Source of the DNA: Eubacteriales Family XIII. Incertae Sedis bacterium
GTDB lineage: Bacteria; Bacillota; Clostridia; Peptostreptococcales; Anaerovoracaceae
Direction: 5' to 3'
Assembly: GCA_031257215.1 (NCBI GenBank)
Contig: JAIRPC010000011.1
Location: 1 to 26,147, forward strand
Length of the DNA stretch: 26,147 nucleotides
Shown here: positions 16,061 through 24,157 of the stretch, in pieces
Layout: every line of letters begins with the position of its first letter
Numbering within the stretch: position 1 is the stretch's first letter
The notes under the pieces: generated by a model
Seen by the model: only the letters and a program-made list of their open reading frames with translations
Told to the model about the DNA's origin: nothing
The model's database searches: none
Made by a program: the position numbers and the translations under genes

Positions 16061-18370
16061 ATGCAGGTTAACTACTATAATAATAGAGGGCAGAGGGGCG
16101 CGTTGGCGGCTGTGCTGGCTTTGGCGCTGATCGCCGCCTCGGTGCTCGCGCCCGGCGCACCGTCCTGGCTGCCCTTTGCGGCGAGCGAGTCCCATGCCGC
16201 CAGCGGGTCCGGTATCGCCGCGCCCTATCCGTGGAGCAAGACGGCTGCGGCTACGACGGGCGACTATATCGCGGACGTATATAGCGGCATATCCAAGGGC
16301 GGGCATGTGTTTGAGGACGTGACGGTGGACAGGCTTGCCGACGTTCTCAGCGCGGAGGGCGACTACTATGTCGTGTTCGCAAGCCCCATCAAGGACACGG
16401 CGCAGAGGGTGCTTGCCACCATCAACGAGCAGGCCAAGGCGGCGGGCGTCACGAAGATCTACCATTTCAACCCCGTCCTAGACAACAAATACCTCGACAT
16501 CACAAGCGCGGACCCGAGCATAGCGAGCCTGGGCGTGAGCACCACGACAAACTACGCCAACGCGACCAATGCGCCAGCAGGCGCGGCAACCCTGGAACAC
16601 CGCATAGGCACGATCCAAACCTATATCAATTATTTCTTCCCCAACGACGAGGCGGGCGATATCCTCCGCGCCTACAAGTCCTCGAACACGCTGCTGTTCC
16701 GCTTCCATAAGGGCAGCCACACCGATCTGGCGTCCGAGGCCGCCATCAGCGCGACATATCAGCTCAAACCCGCCGATATCGTCGGGGGTTACAGCAAGGC
16801 GGCGCAGGCGGCGAAGATCGCGGGCGTGTTCAGGGACAGCGAGGGCGCTATCGTCAAGGGCGATGTCCGCACGGACTACGATTTCTTCGAGCGCGCGTAC
16901 AGGGGCCAGCTCCCCGGCGAGGATGCCATCTCGGATGCGAATTTCACGAGCGGCGCGGGCTTCAATGTCAAGTCGCTGACCTTCCCCGCCGCGTTCGACC
17001 TGCTGAACTCCCCCGGCGAGCACGCCATATTCTTCGGAGAGGTGGGCTGCGGCAACACGAAAGCGACTCTTGGCTGGGCGGCGAAGCGCGCGAAGGCCTA
17101 TAACAGGACGATATACTTCGTCGACGGCTCGCTCGGCGGCTCGGTGCGCTTCAAATACGGGGAAGATATAGACGCGCAGCTCGCGCAGACCTCGAACGCC
17201 TGGATCAACATCCGCCTTGGGCAGCGCACCAACGGCGCTGTGCCGTCGGGCTACGCGGGCGTCGGGCATCTCTACGGCGCGCTGTTCAGCTATTTCGGCA
17301 GCGGCATCAACACGGAGGACTGGTCGCAGAGCGGGCGGTCCGTGTTCTATTACGAGAACGGCATCAATGCCGACACAGGCACGCCGACGAACCGCGCATA
17401 CGGCACAGGCGCTTCGGAGGCGGGGCCCTTCGACGCGCCGCGCTTCCAGTACCCGTTCCTGTTGTCCTACAACAAGGGCTTCGACCAGCCTGTCACGGTT
17501 TCGACCACCGCCATCCAGTGGGGCGAACAGAACGGTGCGCCGTGGCTGACCGAGTATATGCTCGGCGTGAGCCAGGTGAACGCGATCCACGCGTACGGGT
17601 GGCAGCTTGGGGACGCCGTTCCCGTCACCATTGCGGGCATAACAAACGCGTCCACCGCCAAGCTCCATTTCGACGGGCTTACAGACTATGACAGGATATT
17701 GAATCCCGCATACATCAAGTCGGTGCGCCAGGCCCAGGCGGCGGACGAGGGCATAGAATACGACGATGGAACTGGCGACAACAATAACAATAACAACGAC
17801 ACGGTTCAGTCGGGTGCGCCGAAGGCCTTTGCCACAGCGCCCGCGCCGAGCCTCGTCGGGGAGGCCGTGGTCGGCAACACCCTGGGCGTCAAGGCGGGCG
17901 CGTGGAGCGACAGCCCCGCACTCAGCTACCAATGGTACCGCGAGGGCATTGCGGTGGCGGGCGCGACAGGCTCGATCTACACGCTGTCAAAGCGGGATAT
18001 CGGCAAGCTGATACAGGTCGCGGTCAAGGCCACAAAGGCCGGCTTCCAGACAACTGAGCGTATCTCCAAGGTCAGCGCATCGGCCCGAGCCAAAGGCCTG
18101 TTCGCGGGAATTACTTCAAATTCTGCCAAAATAACCGGAACGGCTAAGGTGGGCAAGACGCTGAAAGCCAAGGTGGTCGGGGTTTCCCCGAGGTTCACCG
18201 CCAAATACAGGTGGTACGCGAACGGCAAGGCCATCAAGGGCGCGACCAAGGCGAGCTTGAAGCTGAAAAAATCGCTGAAAGGCAAAAAAATCACGGTCAC
18301 AGCGACATTGAGCAGAGCGAACTATGTGAAAGCAACCGTTGTTTCCAAGGCAAAGAGGGTGAAGAAATGA
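16061..18370 (+). CDS. secreted tandem thioredoxin-like protein with two C-terminal Ig-like (QWY..G..I.GAT) repeats; no peptidase domain
   Basis: Signal peptide and blocks homologous to the M1 fusions (KIYHFNPVLD, FGEVGCGNT, YYENG, QYPFLLSYNK). Poly-Asn linker and Lys-rich repeats. Confidence 0.75.
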   Translation: MQVNYYNNRGQRGALAAVLALALIAASVLAPGAPSWLPFAASESHAASGSGIAAPYPWSKTAAATTGDYIADVYSGISKGGHVFEDVTVDRLADVLSAEGDYYVVFASPIKDTAQRVLATINEQAKAAGVTKIYHFNPVLDNKYLDITSADPSIASLGVSTTTNYANATNAPAGAATLEHRIGTIQTYINYFFPNDEAGDILRAYKSSNTLLFRFHKGSHTDLASEAAISATYQLKPADIVGGYSKAAQAAKIAGVFRDSEGAIVKGDVRTDYDFFERAYRGQLPGEDAISDANFTSGAGFNVKSLTFPAAFDLLNSPGEHAIFFGEVGCGNTKATLGWAAKRAKAYNRTIYFVDGSLGGSVRFKYGEDIDAQLAQTSNAWINIRLGQRTNGAVPSGYAGVGHLYGALFSYFGSGINTEDWSQSGRSVFYYENGINADTGTPTNRAYGTGASEAGPFDAPRFQYPFLLSYNKGFDQPVTVSTTAIQWGEQNGAPWLTEYMLGVSQVNAIHAYGWQLGDAVPVTIAGITNASTAKLHFDGLTDYDRILNPAYIKSVRQAQAADEGIEYDDGTGDNNNNNNDTVQSGAPKAFATAPAPSLVGEAVVGNTLGVKAGAWSDSPALSYQWYREGIAVAGATGSIYTLSKRDIGKLIQVAVKATKAGFQTTERISKVSASARAKGLFAGITSNSAKITGTAKVGKTLKAKVVGVSPRFTAKYRWYANGKAIKGATKASLKLKKSLKGKKITVTATLSRANYVKATVVSKAKRVKK

Positions 18371-19149
18371 GGATAACGGCACGGAGCATGCCTGTGCGCA
18401 TACTGGCTATCGCGGTGAGCGTGGCTGTCGCGCTGGCGCTTGGGACGGCGGCGCAGGGCCAGAGCCGCTCCTTTGCGGGCGCGGCCGAGGGCTGGCCCTA
18501 TACCGCGGCCAAGGTCGGAGACGGGTGGCAGTGGACGTTCACCGAGGCGTGTGAGCTCGAAGACGGCAACACGATCCCGGCGGGCACGGTGATAGAGTAT
18601 TCAGACAACGGCTACGACTTGGAGGACTGCGACGGCAACGGCTACGACGATCACACGGTCCCGCCTGTCCCCGTCCCGTGGTACGGCGTTTTCGACGGCA
18701 CCAAGACCGACAGGATACCCGATGGCTGGGACGGCTATACCCGCGACTACGAATATTATTTCCCGTACAGCAAGCCGCCCGCCAACAAGGGCGACAACAA
18801 TAACAATAACAACAAGGTTGTCGGCGAGAAGCCGGCAGGCAAGGACACGGGCAGCCAGGCCAAGGCCGCCGCGAAGAAATTCGCGAAGTCCCCGAAGCCC
18901 GCGATAACGGGCAAGGCGCGGGTAGGCAGCACGCTGAAAGCCAAGGCGGGCGCGTGGAAGCCGAAGCCGAAGCTGAGTTATCAATGGTACGCGAACGGCA
19001 AGGCCATCAAGGGCGCGACCAAGGCGAGCCTGAAGCTGAAAAAGGCGCAGAAGGGCAAGCGGATCAGCGTCAAAATAACGGCGAAAAAGACGGGCTACAA
19101 GGCGGTGTCAAAGCTTTCGGGCAAGACCGCCAAGGTGAAGCCCGCGTAG
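18367..19149 (+). CDS. secreted acidic protein with EDCDGNGYDDH motif and one Ig-like repeat
   Basis: ATG 18367 overlaps the upstream TGA (ATGA coupling) and is followed by a signal peptide. The ORF-track start at 18211 lies inside the previous gene. Confidence 0.75.
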   Translation: MRITARSMPVRILAIAVSVAVALALGTAAQGQSRSFAGAAEGWPYTAAKVGDGWQWTFTEACELEDGNTIPAGTVIEYSDNGYDLEDCDGNGYDDHTVPPVPVPWYGVFDGTKTDRIPDGWDGYTRDYEYYFPYSKPPANKGDNNNNNNKVVGEKPAGKDTGSQAKAAAKKFAKSPKPAITGKARVGSTLKAKAGAWKPKPKLSYQWYANGKAIKGATKASLKLKKAQKGKRISVKITAKKTGYKAVSKLSGKTAKVKPA

Positions 19150-19190
19150 ATGGAAGTTATAGGTTGAAGAATGCGAGGTTGGTGAACATT

Positions 19191-21308
19191 ATGAGTAAGG
19201 CAAAGAAAATCGTGAATAGGCTTGCGTGCGCACTGCTTGTGGCGGCGCTGGTGGTCGGGGCTTCCGCGGCGGTGCCGGGCGCACAGAGCTTCCTTGGCGC
19301 GCGGGCGGACGCGGCGAACCCGACTCCATACCCTTGGAGTCCCAGGGCGGCGACGCTCGACTATATAGATGATGTCTATGACGGGATTTCGGGGCCAAGC
19401 GTGTTCGAGGATGTCACGGCGGAGCGGTTGCTCGACATCCTGAGCAGCGCGGGCGATTACTACATATTGTTCGGCGGGCCGCAGAACGCTTCGACCCAGA
19501 AGATCATTGGCGATATCGCCAGCGAGGCGGGCGAAGCGCCTGGCATCACGAAGATCTACCACTTCAACCCGCTTCTGGACGGCTACCAGTTGGATATCAC
19601 GAAGACCGATGGCGTTGGGCTCTGGGCGGGCGGACACCGCGGCGATATGAAGCTCGAAAAGCTACACGATGTGTGGACGGATATCGTCGGGCTGCTTCCG
19701 CCAGGCGTTGACTCCGAGGTGGCGGACTACGACTCGGACGACACCCTGTTATTCCGTTTCCATAAAAACGCGCGGACGGATCTGCCCGCGCAGACATCCG
19801 TCCCAGCCACGTACACGTTCTACGCGGAGGATGTGGACTGGTATGACGAGGGTGACGACGCGGACTCGATAGCGGATGTTTTCGGGCCGCCATCCTCGGT
19901 GCGCAGCGACTACGATTTCTTCAAGCGCGTGTACAACGGCAACGCTACCTTCTTCAACCTGAACGGCGGGAGGGGCGCGACCGCGAACAGGACGGGCAAG
20001 GCCGAGGCGATCATCAGCGATTCGGTGTTCGGCGCGAGCGGCGCCGGGTTCACGCTCCACCAGGTCACGCCGCAGGAGCTGTTCAACGTGCTGAACGCGC
20101 CCGGCGAGCACGCCATCCTGTTCGCGTCGGCTCCCTGCCACAACACGCAGGCCATAGTCGGCGAGGTAGCGAAGCGCGCCAAGGCGAACGGCTTCAACGG
20201 CAAGGTCTATGTCTACGACCCCGCCCTCGGCGGCGCGACGATATGGGGGACGGGCGCGCAGATCGACACGGTTAAGTCGAGCGCGTCCACAGGCGGGCTG
20301 TACACTAGGAACAGCAACTACAATTTCAGTTATATTTATGCCAATATTGTTAGTTATTTCAAACAGTTCGTAACAGAGAACTATACGAAGCGCGAGAGCC
20401 GCATAGACTATTACCCGAACGGCGATATCAGCAGGCCGAAGGTCGCGGCTGACCCGTGGTCGGGCGCGGCGCAGAAAAGCGCGATCAGGCTGCAAGTGCC
20501 GTTCCTGCTCGGCTACGACAAGTCGAAGGCCGCGCCTGTGGTGAAGCGGTGGATCCACCAGAAGAATGGGCTTAGCACATACAGCGAATACATGCTAGAC
20601 CTGACGTTTGTGCAGGGCACGGCGCTGGCGCGGGCGCTGCCGGTCGAGGACGGCAAGGCGGGCAACGACAGCGTGGATACGGATGGCTTGCAGGCGGTCG
20701 AATTCGCCGCCGAAGCGGTCAGGTCGCTCGACAATGTGTTGAAGCCGGGGCTCGCCGCGCCCGTCGTACACAGCTTCACGCGAGCCCCGTCCCCCAAGAT
20801 AGCGGGATCCGCCGCCGTCGGCAGGAAGCTGACCGCCGCGGCGGGCGCACTGAGCCAGGCGCCGAGCGTTTCCTACCAATGGTATGTAGGAGGCAAGGCC
20901 GTCAAGGGCGCCAGCTCCTCGGCGTACAAGGTCAAGAAATCCGACCTCGGCAAGAAAATCAAGGTGGCCGTGACGATATCGCGCACGGGCTACAAGAGCG
21001 TAACAGCGGCCTCGGCGCAGACCGCCAAGGTGGCCAAGGCGTTCGCGAAATACCCCGCGCCGAAGATCAAGGGCACGGCCAAGGTGGGCAAGACGCTGAA
21101 AGCCGCTATCGGCAAATGGAGCCCGAAGCCGACGAAATTCCAATACCAGTGGTACGCGGACGGCAAGAAGATAGGCGGCGCGACGAAGTCCAGCCTGAAA
21201 CTGAAAAAAGCCCAGAAAGGCAAGCGCATAACGGTACAGGCGACGCCTGTCAAGAAGGGCTACGAGAAATACTCGGTGGTTTCCAAGGCGACGAAAAAGG
21301 TGAAATAG
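19191..21308 (+). CDS. secreted tandem thioredoxin-like protein with two C-terminal Ig-like repeats (paralogue of 16061..18370)
   Basis: Signal peptide from ATG 19191 (GAGGT upstream). PYPWS, KIYHFNPLLDG, FASAPCHNT, YYPNGD, QVPFLLGYDK. Confidence 0.75.
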   Translation: MSKAKKIVNRLACALLVAALVVGASAAVPGAQSFLGARADAANPTPYPWSPRAATLDYIDDVYDGISGPSVFEDVTAERLLDILSSAGDYYILFGGPQNASTQKIIGDIASEAGEAPGITKIYHFNPLLDGYQLDITKTDGVGLWAGGHRGDMKLEKLHDVWTDIVGLLPPGVDSEVADYDSDDTLLFRFHKNARTDLPAQTSVPATYTFYAEDVDWYDEGDDADSIADVFGPPSSVRSDYDFFKRVYNGNATFFNLNGGRGATANRTGKAEAIISDSVFGASGAGFTLHQVTPQELFNVLNAPGEHAILFASAPCHNTQAIVGEVAKRAKANGFNGKVYVYDPALGGATIWGTGAQIDTVKSSASTGGLYTRNSNYNFSYIYANIVSYFKQFVTENYTKRESRIDYYPNGDISRPKVAADPWSGAAQKSAIRLQVPFLLGYDKSKAAPVVKRWIHQKNGLSTYSEYMLDLTFVQGTALARALPVEDGKAGNDSVDTDGLQAVEFAAEAVRSLDNVLKPGLAAPVVHSFTRAPSPKIAGSAAVGRKLTAAAGALSQAPSVSYQWYVGGKAVKGASSSAYKVKKSDLGKKIKVAVTISRTGYKSVTAASAQTAKVAKAFAKYPAPKIKGTAKVGKTLKAAIGKWSPKPTKFQYQWYADGKKIGGATKSSLKLKKAQKGKRITVQATPVKKGYEKYSVVSKATKKVK

Positions 21309-22667
21309 ATGAATGTAGATGTCCTGTCCGTAGTGGCGTTAGTGGTAATAATAGCTCTTTTTATAATAATATTCCTGCTCAGAAAGCGCGGCGTGGATTT
21401 CACCTTTACGGTGCTGGGCGCCCTGGTGGTGGGCGTAGTGTTCGGCGTGCTTTTCAACGGGCATACGGGGTGGATCATGCCCATAGGGAAGATATATGTA
21501 ACGGTGCTTTCCGCGATAGTCATGCCGCTGGTGATAGTCTCGATACTGTCCAGCGTGACCTCGCTCGGCTCCGCCAAACAGCTCAAAGGCATAGGCGCGA
21601 GGTCTGTGCTGTGGCTGCTGCTCACGAACGCCGTCGCGATAGCGCTGGCCATCGGGTTCGGGCTGACCTTCGGCGTGGGCAAAAATTCCTACCTGTCGAT
21701 AGAGGGCGTTGACGCCGCCAATTTCGAGGGCACGTTGAAGAGCTTTTCCGAGGTGCTGATAGGCTTCTTCCCGCAGAACGTGGTGTCCGACGTAGCGGAA
21801 GACAGGATCATCCCCGTCATCCTGTTCTCCGTGCTGATAGCCGTGTCCTACGTCCTCGTGCGCCAGGAAAAGGGCGAAAAGGTAGCCGTGTTCAAGCAGT
21901 TCGTCGAAGCGGTCAAGGATATCGTCTACAAGGCTGTCGGCTTCATAATAGAGCTGACGCCCTACGCCGTCCTCGCGCTGGTCGCGACCGCAACGTCCAA
22001 CGGCATGAACCGCAGCGGCATGATCTGGTCGCTCATAGTCCTTTTGGTCATATCGGTAGTCGCTATGGCGATAGACCTCTGGGGCGTGAACTACGTGCTT
22101 GTAAAGGTGTTCGCGGGGCTGCCGCCACTGAAATTTTTCAGGAAGCTCATACCCGCGCAGGTGATAGCGTTCTCTACGCAGTCGAGCGTGGGGACTCTGC
22201 CCGTGACCACGCGCATACTCCAATCGGAGGTGGGGGTCAGCCCCAAGGTGGCGAATTTCACCGCGCCGCTCGGCACGACGATAGGCATGCCCGGCTGTGC
22301 GGGGATATGGCCGATACTGGTGGCGATATACGGCATACACGGGCTGGGCATCAACTACTCCCTGGCCGACTACGCGATACTGGGCATCATGGGGCTGTTC
22401 GTGTCCATAGGCGTGGCGGGCGTTCCGGGCACCGCGACGATAGTAACGGCAAGCGTGCTGACCGCGGTAGGCCTGCCGCTTGAAATAATGGTGCTGACCA
22501 TCCCGATAGCCGCCATAGCGGACACCGCCAGAACCGCGACCAACGTAACGGCGGCGGCCGTGGCCTCGGCGATAGTGGCAAGGGGCGAAAGGGTGCTTGA
22601 CGAGGATATATTCTTCGGAAGAAAAACCTTCGTAGCCGCCGGCACAGGAGGGGATGCCGCGGGATGA
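21309..22667 (+). CDS. dicarboxylate/amino acid:cation symporter (DAACS family), TcyP/L-cystine-transporter-like
   Basis: AFSTQSSVGTLP, GTTIGMPGCAG, GVAGVPGTA, DTARTATNV. Extra N-terminal TM followed by LRKRGVDFTFTVLGAL, as in TcyP-like members. ATG directly follows the upstream TAG. Confidence 0.85.
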   Translation: MNVDVLSVVALVVIIALFIIIFLLRKRGVDFTFTVLGALVVGVVFGVLFNGHTGWIMPIGKIYVTVLSAIVMPLVIVSILSSVTSLGSAKQLKGIGARSVLWLLLTNAVAIALAIGFGLTFGVGKNSYLSIEGVDAANFEGTLKSFSEVLIGFFPQNVVSDVAEDRIIPVILFSVLIAVSYVLVRQEKGEKVAVFKQFVEAVKDIVYKAVGFIIELTPYAVLALVATATSNGMNRSGMIWSLIVLLVISVVAMAIDLWGVNYVLVKVFAGLPPLKFFRKLIPAQVIAFSTQSSVGTLPVTTRILQSEVGVSPKVANFTAPLGTTIGMPGCAGIWPILVAIYGIHGLGINYSLADYAILGIMGLFVSIGVAGVPGTATIVTASVLTAVGLPLEIMVLTIPIAAIADTARTATNVTAAAVASAIVARGERVLDEDIFFGRKTFVAAGTGGDAAG

Positions 22668-22683
22668 GAGCGGGAACAGGAAT

Positions 22684-22735
22684 GGGTCAAGCTTCCGCCA
22701 TTGAGGCACTGAGCCTGGCTCAGGGGAAGCGACCC
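22684..22735. other. compact three-way-junction-like intergenic structure
   Basis: GGGTC/GACCC and GCTTCC/GGAAGC close two hairpins, GCC-attga-GGC and CTGAGC-ctg-GCTCAG. Confidence 0.35.
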
Positions 22736-22771
22736 AGTTGAGTATATAATGTAGGAAAGAGGGCAGGAATA

Positions 22772-23914
22772 ATGAAAGTTATTGAAAAAAATATTGGCAG
22801 AGAAAGCAAGAACGGCGTCGCGGCAAGCCCACGCGGGGGCAGGGCGGCCCGGCTTTGCATCGCCGTAGCATTGTCCGTGTCCGTCGCTTTCGCGTTTGGC
22901 TTCGGCGCGGCGGGCGGGCCTGATGTGTACGCGGCCGACTATGAGAGGTGGGAGGACTGCGATTGGGACGGGTACGACGACCATACGGGCGTGAAAGTGC
23001 CGTGGGTCGGCTTCGACGGAACGCGCGGCGATACGCCCGCGGGCCCCTCGCCAAACTCGCAGACGGGAAAGAAGAAAGCCGAGGAGGAAAAGAAGAAGGC
23101 CGAGGAAGCCAAGAAGAAAGAAGCAGCGAAGAAAGCCGCTGAAAAGAAGAAAAAGGAAGCCGCCGCGAAGAAGAAGGCCGAGGAAGCCAAGAAAAAGGCG
23201 GCTGCTGAGAAAGCGGCGGCCGAAAAAAAGGAAGCCGAAGCGAAGAAAACCGATAGCGCGGAGGGCTCTGGCGACTCGGACGCTTCTGAGAGCAAAAAGG
23301 CGGCCAAGACATCAAAGGCGAGCGCTACCGCTTCCGCTGTGGCGAGCGAGCCGACGGAGACCGAAGCTATCGTGGAGACGGAAACGCCGCTGTCGGGCGA
23401 TATAGCGGAGGCGGAGGCAGTGCGCGAAGCCGCCATACTGGAAGCCCCCGGCGAGATCGAGGTCAGCGGCGCGGAGGGCGGCGCGCTCTACGCGGGAGGC
23501 AAGATAACCGTCAAGGGCACGGGCTTCTATGGCAACGTGGCGGGTATCGAGATACAGCTGCAATCCACGCCAAAGACACTGGGCACTGTCGCGTCCGACG
23601 CGGACGGAAGCTTCCAAGCGTCGTTCGCCCTGCCGGAGGGCGCGGCCACGGGAAGCCACAGCATAGTGGCGCTGTACAACGGCGCGGAGCTGGTTCGCGC
23701 CGAGGTAGAGCTTCGACCCGCGCCCGCGAACAGCTTCTGGAAAGCTCTGAGCGTGGGGCTGGCGGGCGGCAACGCCGAGCTGCTGCCGGGTATTCTGATC
23801 TTCGTGGTGTTGGTGGCCATAGCCCTGGCGGCATTGCTGGCGGGGGATGTCCGCAGGCGCAGAAGCGCGAGGGCGGAAAAAGCCGAGAAGAGCTACGCGT
23901 ATGCCGGGAAATGA
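22772..23914 (+). CDS. surface protein: signal peptide, EDCDWDGYDDH motif, Lys/Glu/Ala-rich helical stalk, Ig-like domain, C-terminal TM anchor
   Basis: (KKKAEEAKKKEAA)n low-complexity stretch, 'GGKITVKGTGF..LGTVASDADGSFQASFALPEGAATGSHSIVA' beta domain, hydrophobic LLPGILIFVVLVAIALAALLA followed by an Arg/Lys tail. Confidence 0.8.
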   Translation: MKVIEKNIGRESKNGVAASPRGGRAARLCIAVALSVSVAFAFGFGAAGGPDVYAADYERWEDCDWDGYDDHTGVKVPWVGFDGTRGDTPAGPSPNSQTGKKKAEEEKKKAEEAKKKEAAKKAAEKKKKEAAAKKKAEEAKKKAAAEKAAAEKKEAEAKKTDSAEGSGDSDASESKKAAKTSKASATASAVASEPTETEAIVETETPLSGDIAEAEAVREAAILEAPGEIEVSGAEGGALYAGGKITVKGTGFYGNVAGIEIQLQSTPKTLGTVASDADGSFQASFALPEGAATGSHSIVALYNGAELVRAEVELRPAPANSFWKALSVGLAGGNAELLPGILIFVVLVAIALAALLAGDVRRRRSARAEKAEKSYAYAGK

Positions 23915-24035
23915 TCTGGCGGTATCGCGTGTGCGGAGGTCGGCTGGGAAATGATCTGGCGATATCGCGTGTGCGGAGGCTGACTGGAAAATGATCTGGC
24001 GGTATCGCGCGTGCGGAGGCTGACTGGAAAATAAT
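23906..24035. repeat. 40-bp tandem repeat, 3 copies plus a partial fourth
   Basis: Units start at 23906, 23946 and 23986 (GGRAAATGATCTGGCGRTATCGCGYGTGCGGAGGYYGRCT), with a partial unit at 24026. No unique spacers. Confidence 0.9.
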
Positions 24036-24040
24036 CCCAC

Positions 24041-24069
24041 TTGAATCCGCGCCGCCGCTGTGATACAAT
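24041..24069 (+). promoter_or_regulatory. rplS promoter
   Basis: TTGAAT, 17 bp, TACAAT with extended TG. Confidence 0.7.
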
Positions 24070-24077
24070 ATTTACCG

Positions 24078-24132
24078 CTGTCGCGTCCGGTCCGCTGGCC
24101 GCTCATTGGGAGTGCGCCAAGAACGCCAACGA
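24078..24132 (+). ncRNA. probable ribosomal protein L19 leader
   Basis: GTCCGCTG-stem-AAGAAC pattern directly upstream of rplS, as recalled for Bacillota L19 leaders. Boundaries are approximate. Confidence 0.45.
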
Positions 24133-24157
24133 GGCGGGGTAATTATGGAGATAGATT

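Noticed and set aside
8001-17932. Long antisense or alternate-frame ORFs (e.g. 9210..10526-, 12037..13020-, 16478..17932-, also 4203..5648-, 20879..21712+, 21339..22709-)
   Set aside because: These are shadows of high-GC3 coding genes, with Arg-rich composition, no RBS and no motifs.
18622-18702. Dockerin or cellulosome-like module
   Set aside because: Only one DxDxDG-like loop is present, without the duplicated dockerin repeat, and no cohesin was recognised.
7956-18954. ORF-track starts at 7956, 12058, 18211 and 18954
   Set aside because: They lie upstream of the evident RBS or inside the previous gene. Signal peptides begin at 7986, 12088, 18367 and 19191.
7986-21308. Selenocysteine recoding or frameshifted pseudogenes in the Trx-like family
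   Set aside because: All four frames are open, and the active-site codons are TGC.
23906-24035. CRISPR array
   Set aside because: Units are contiguous 40-mers with no unique spacers, and no cas genes are present.
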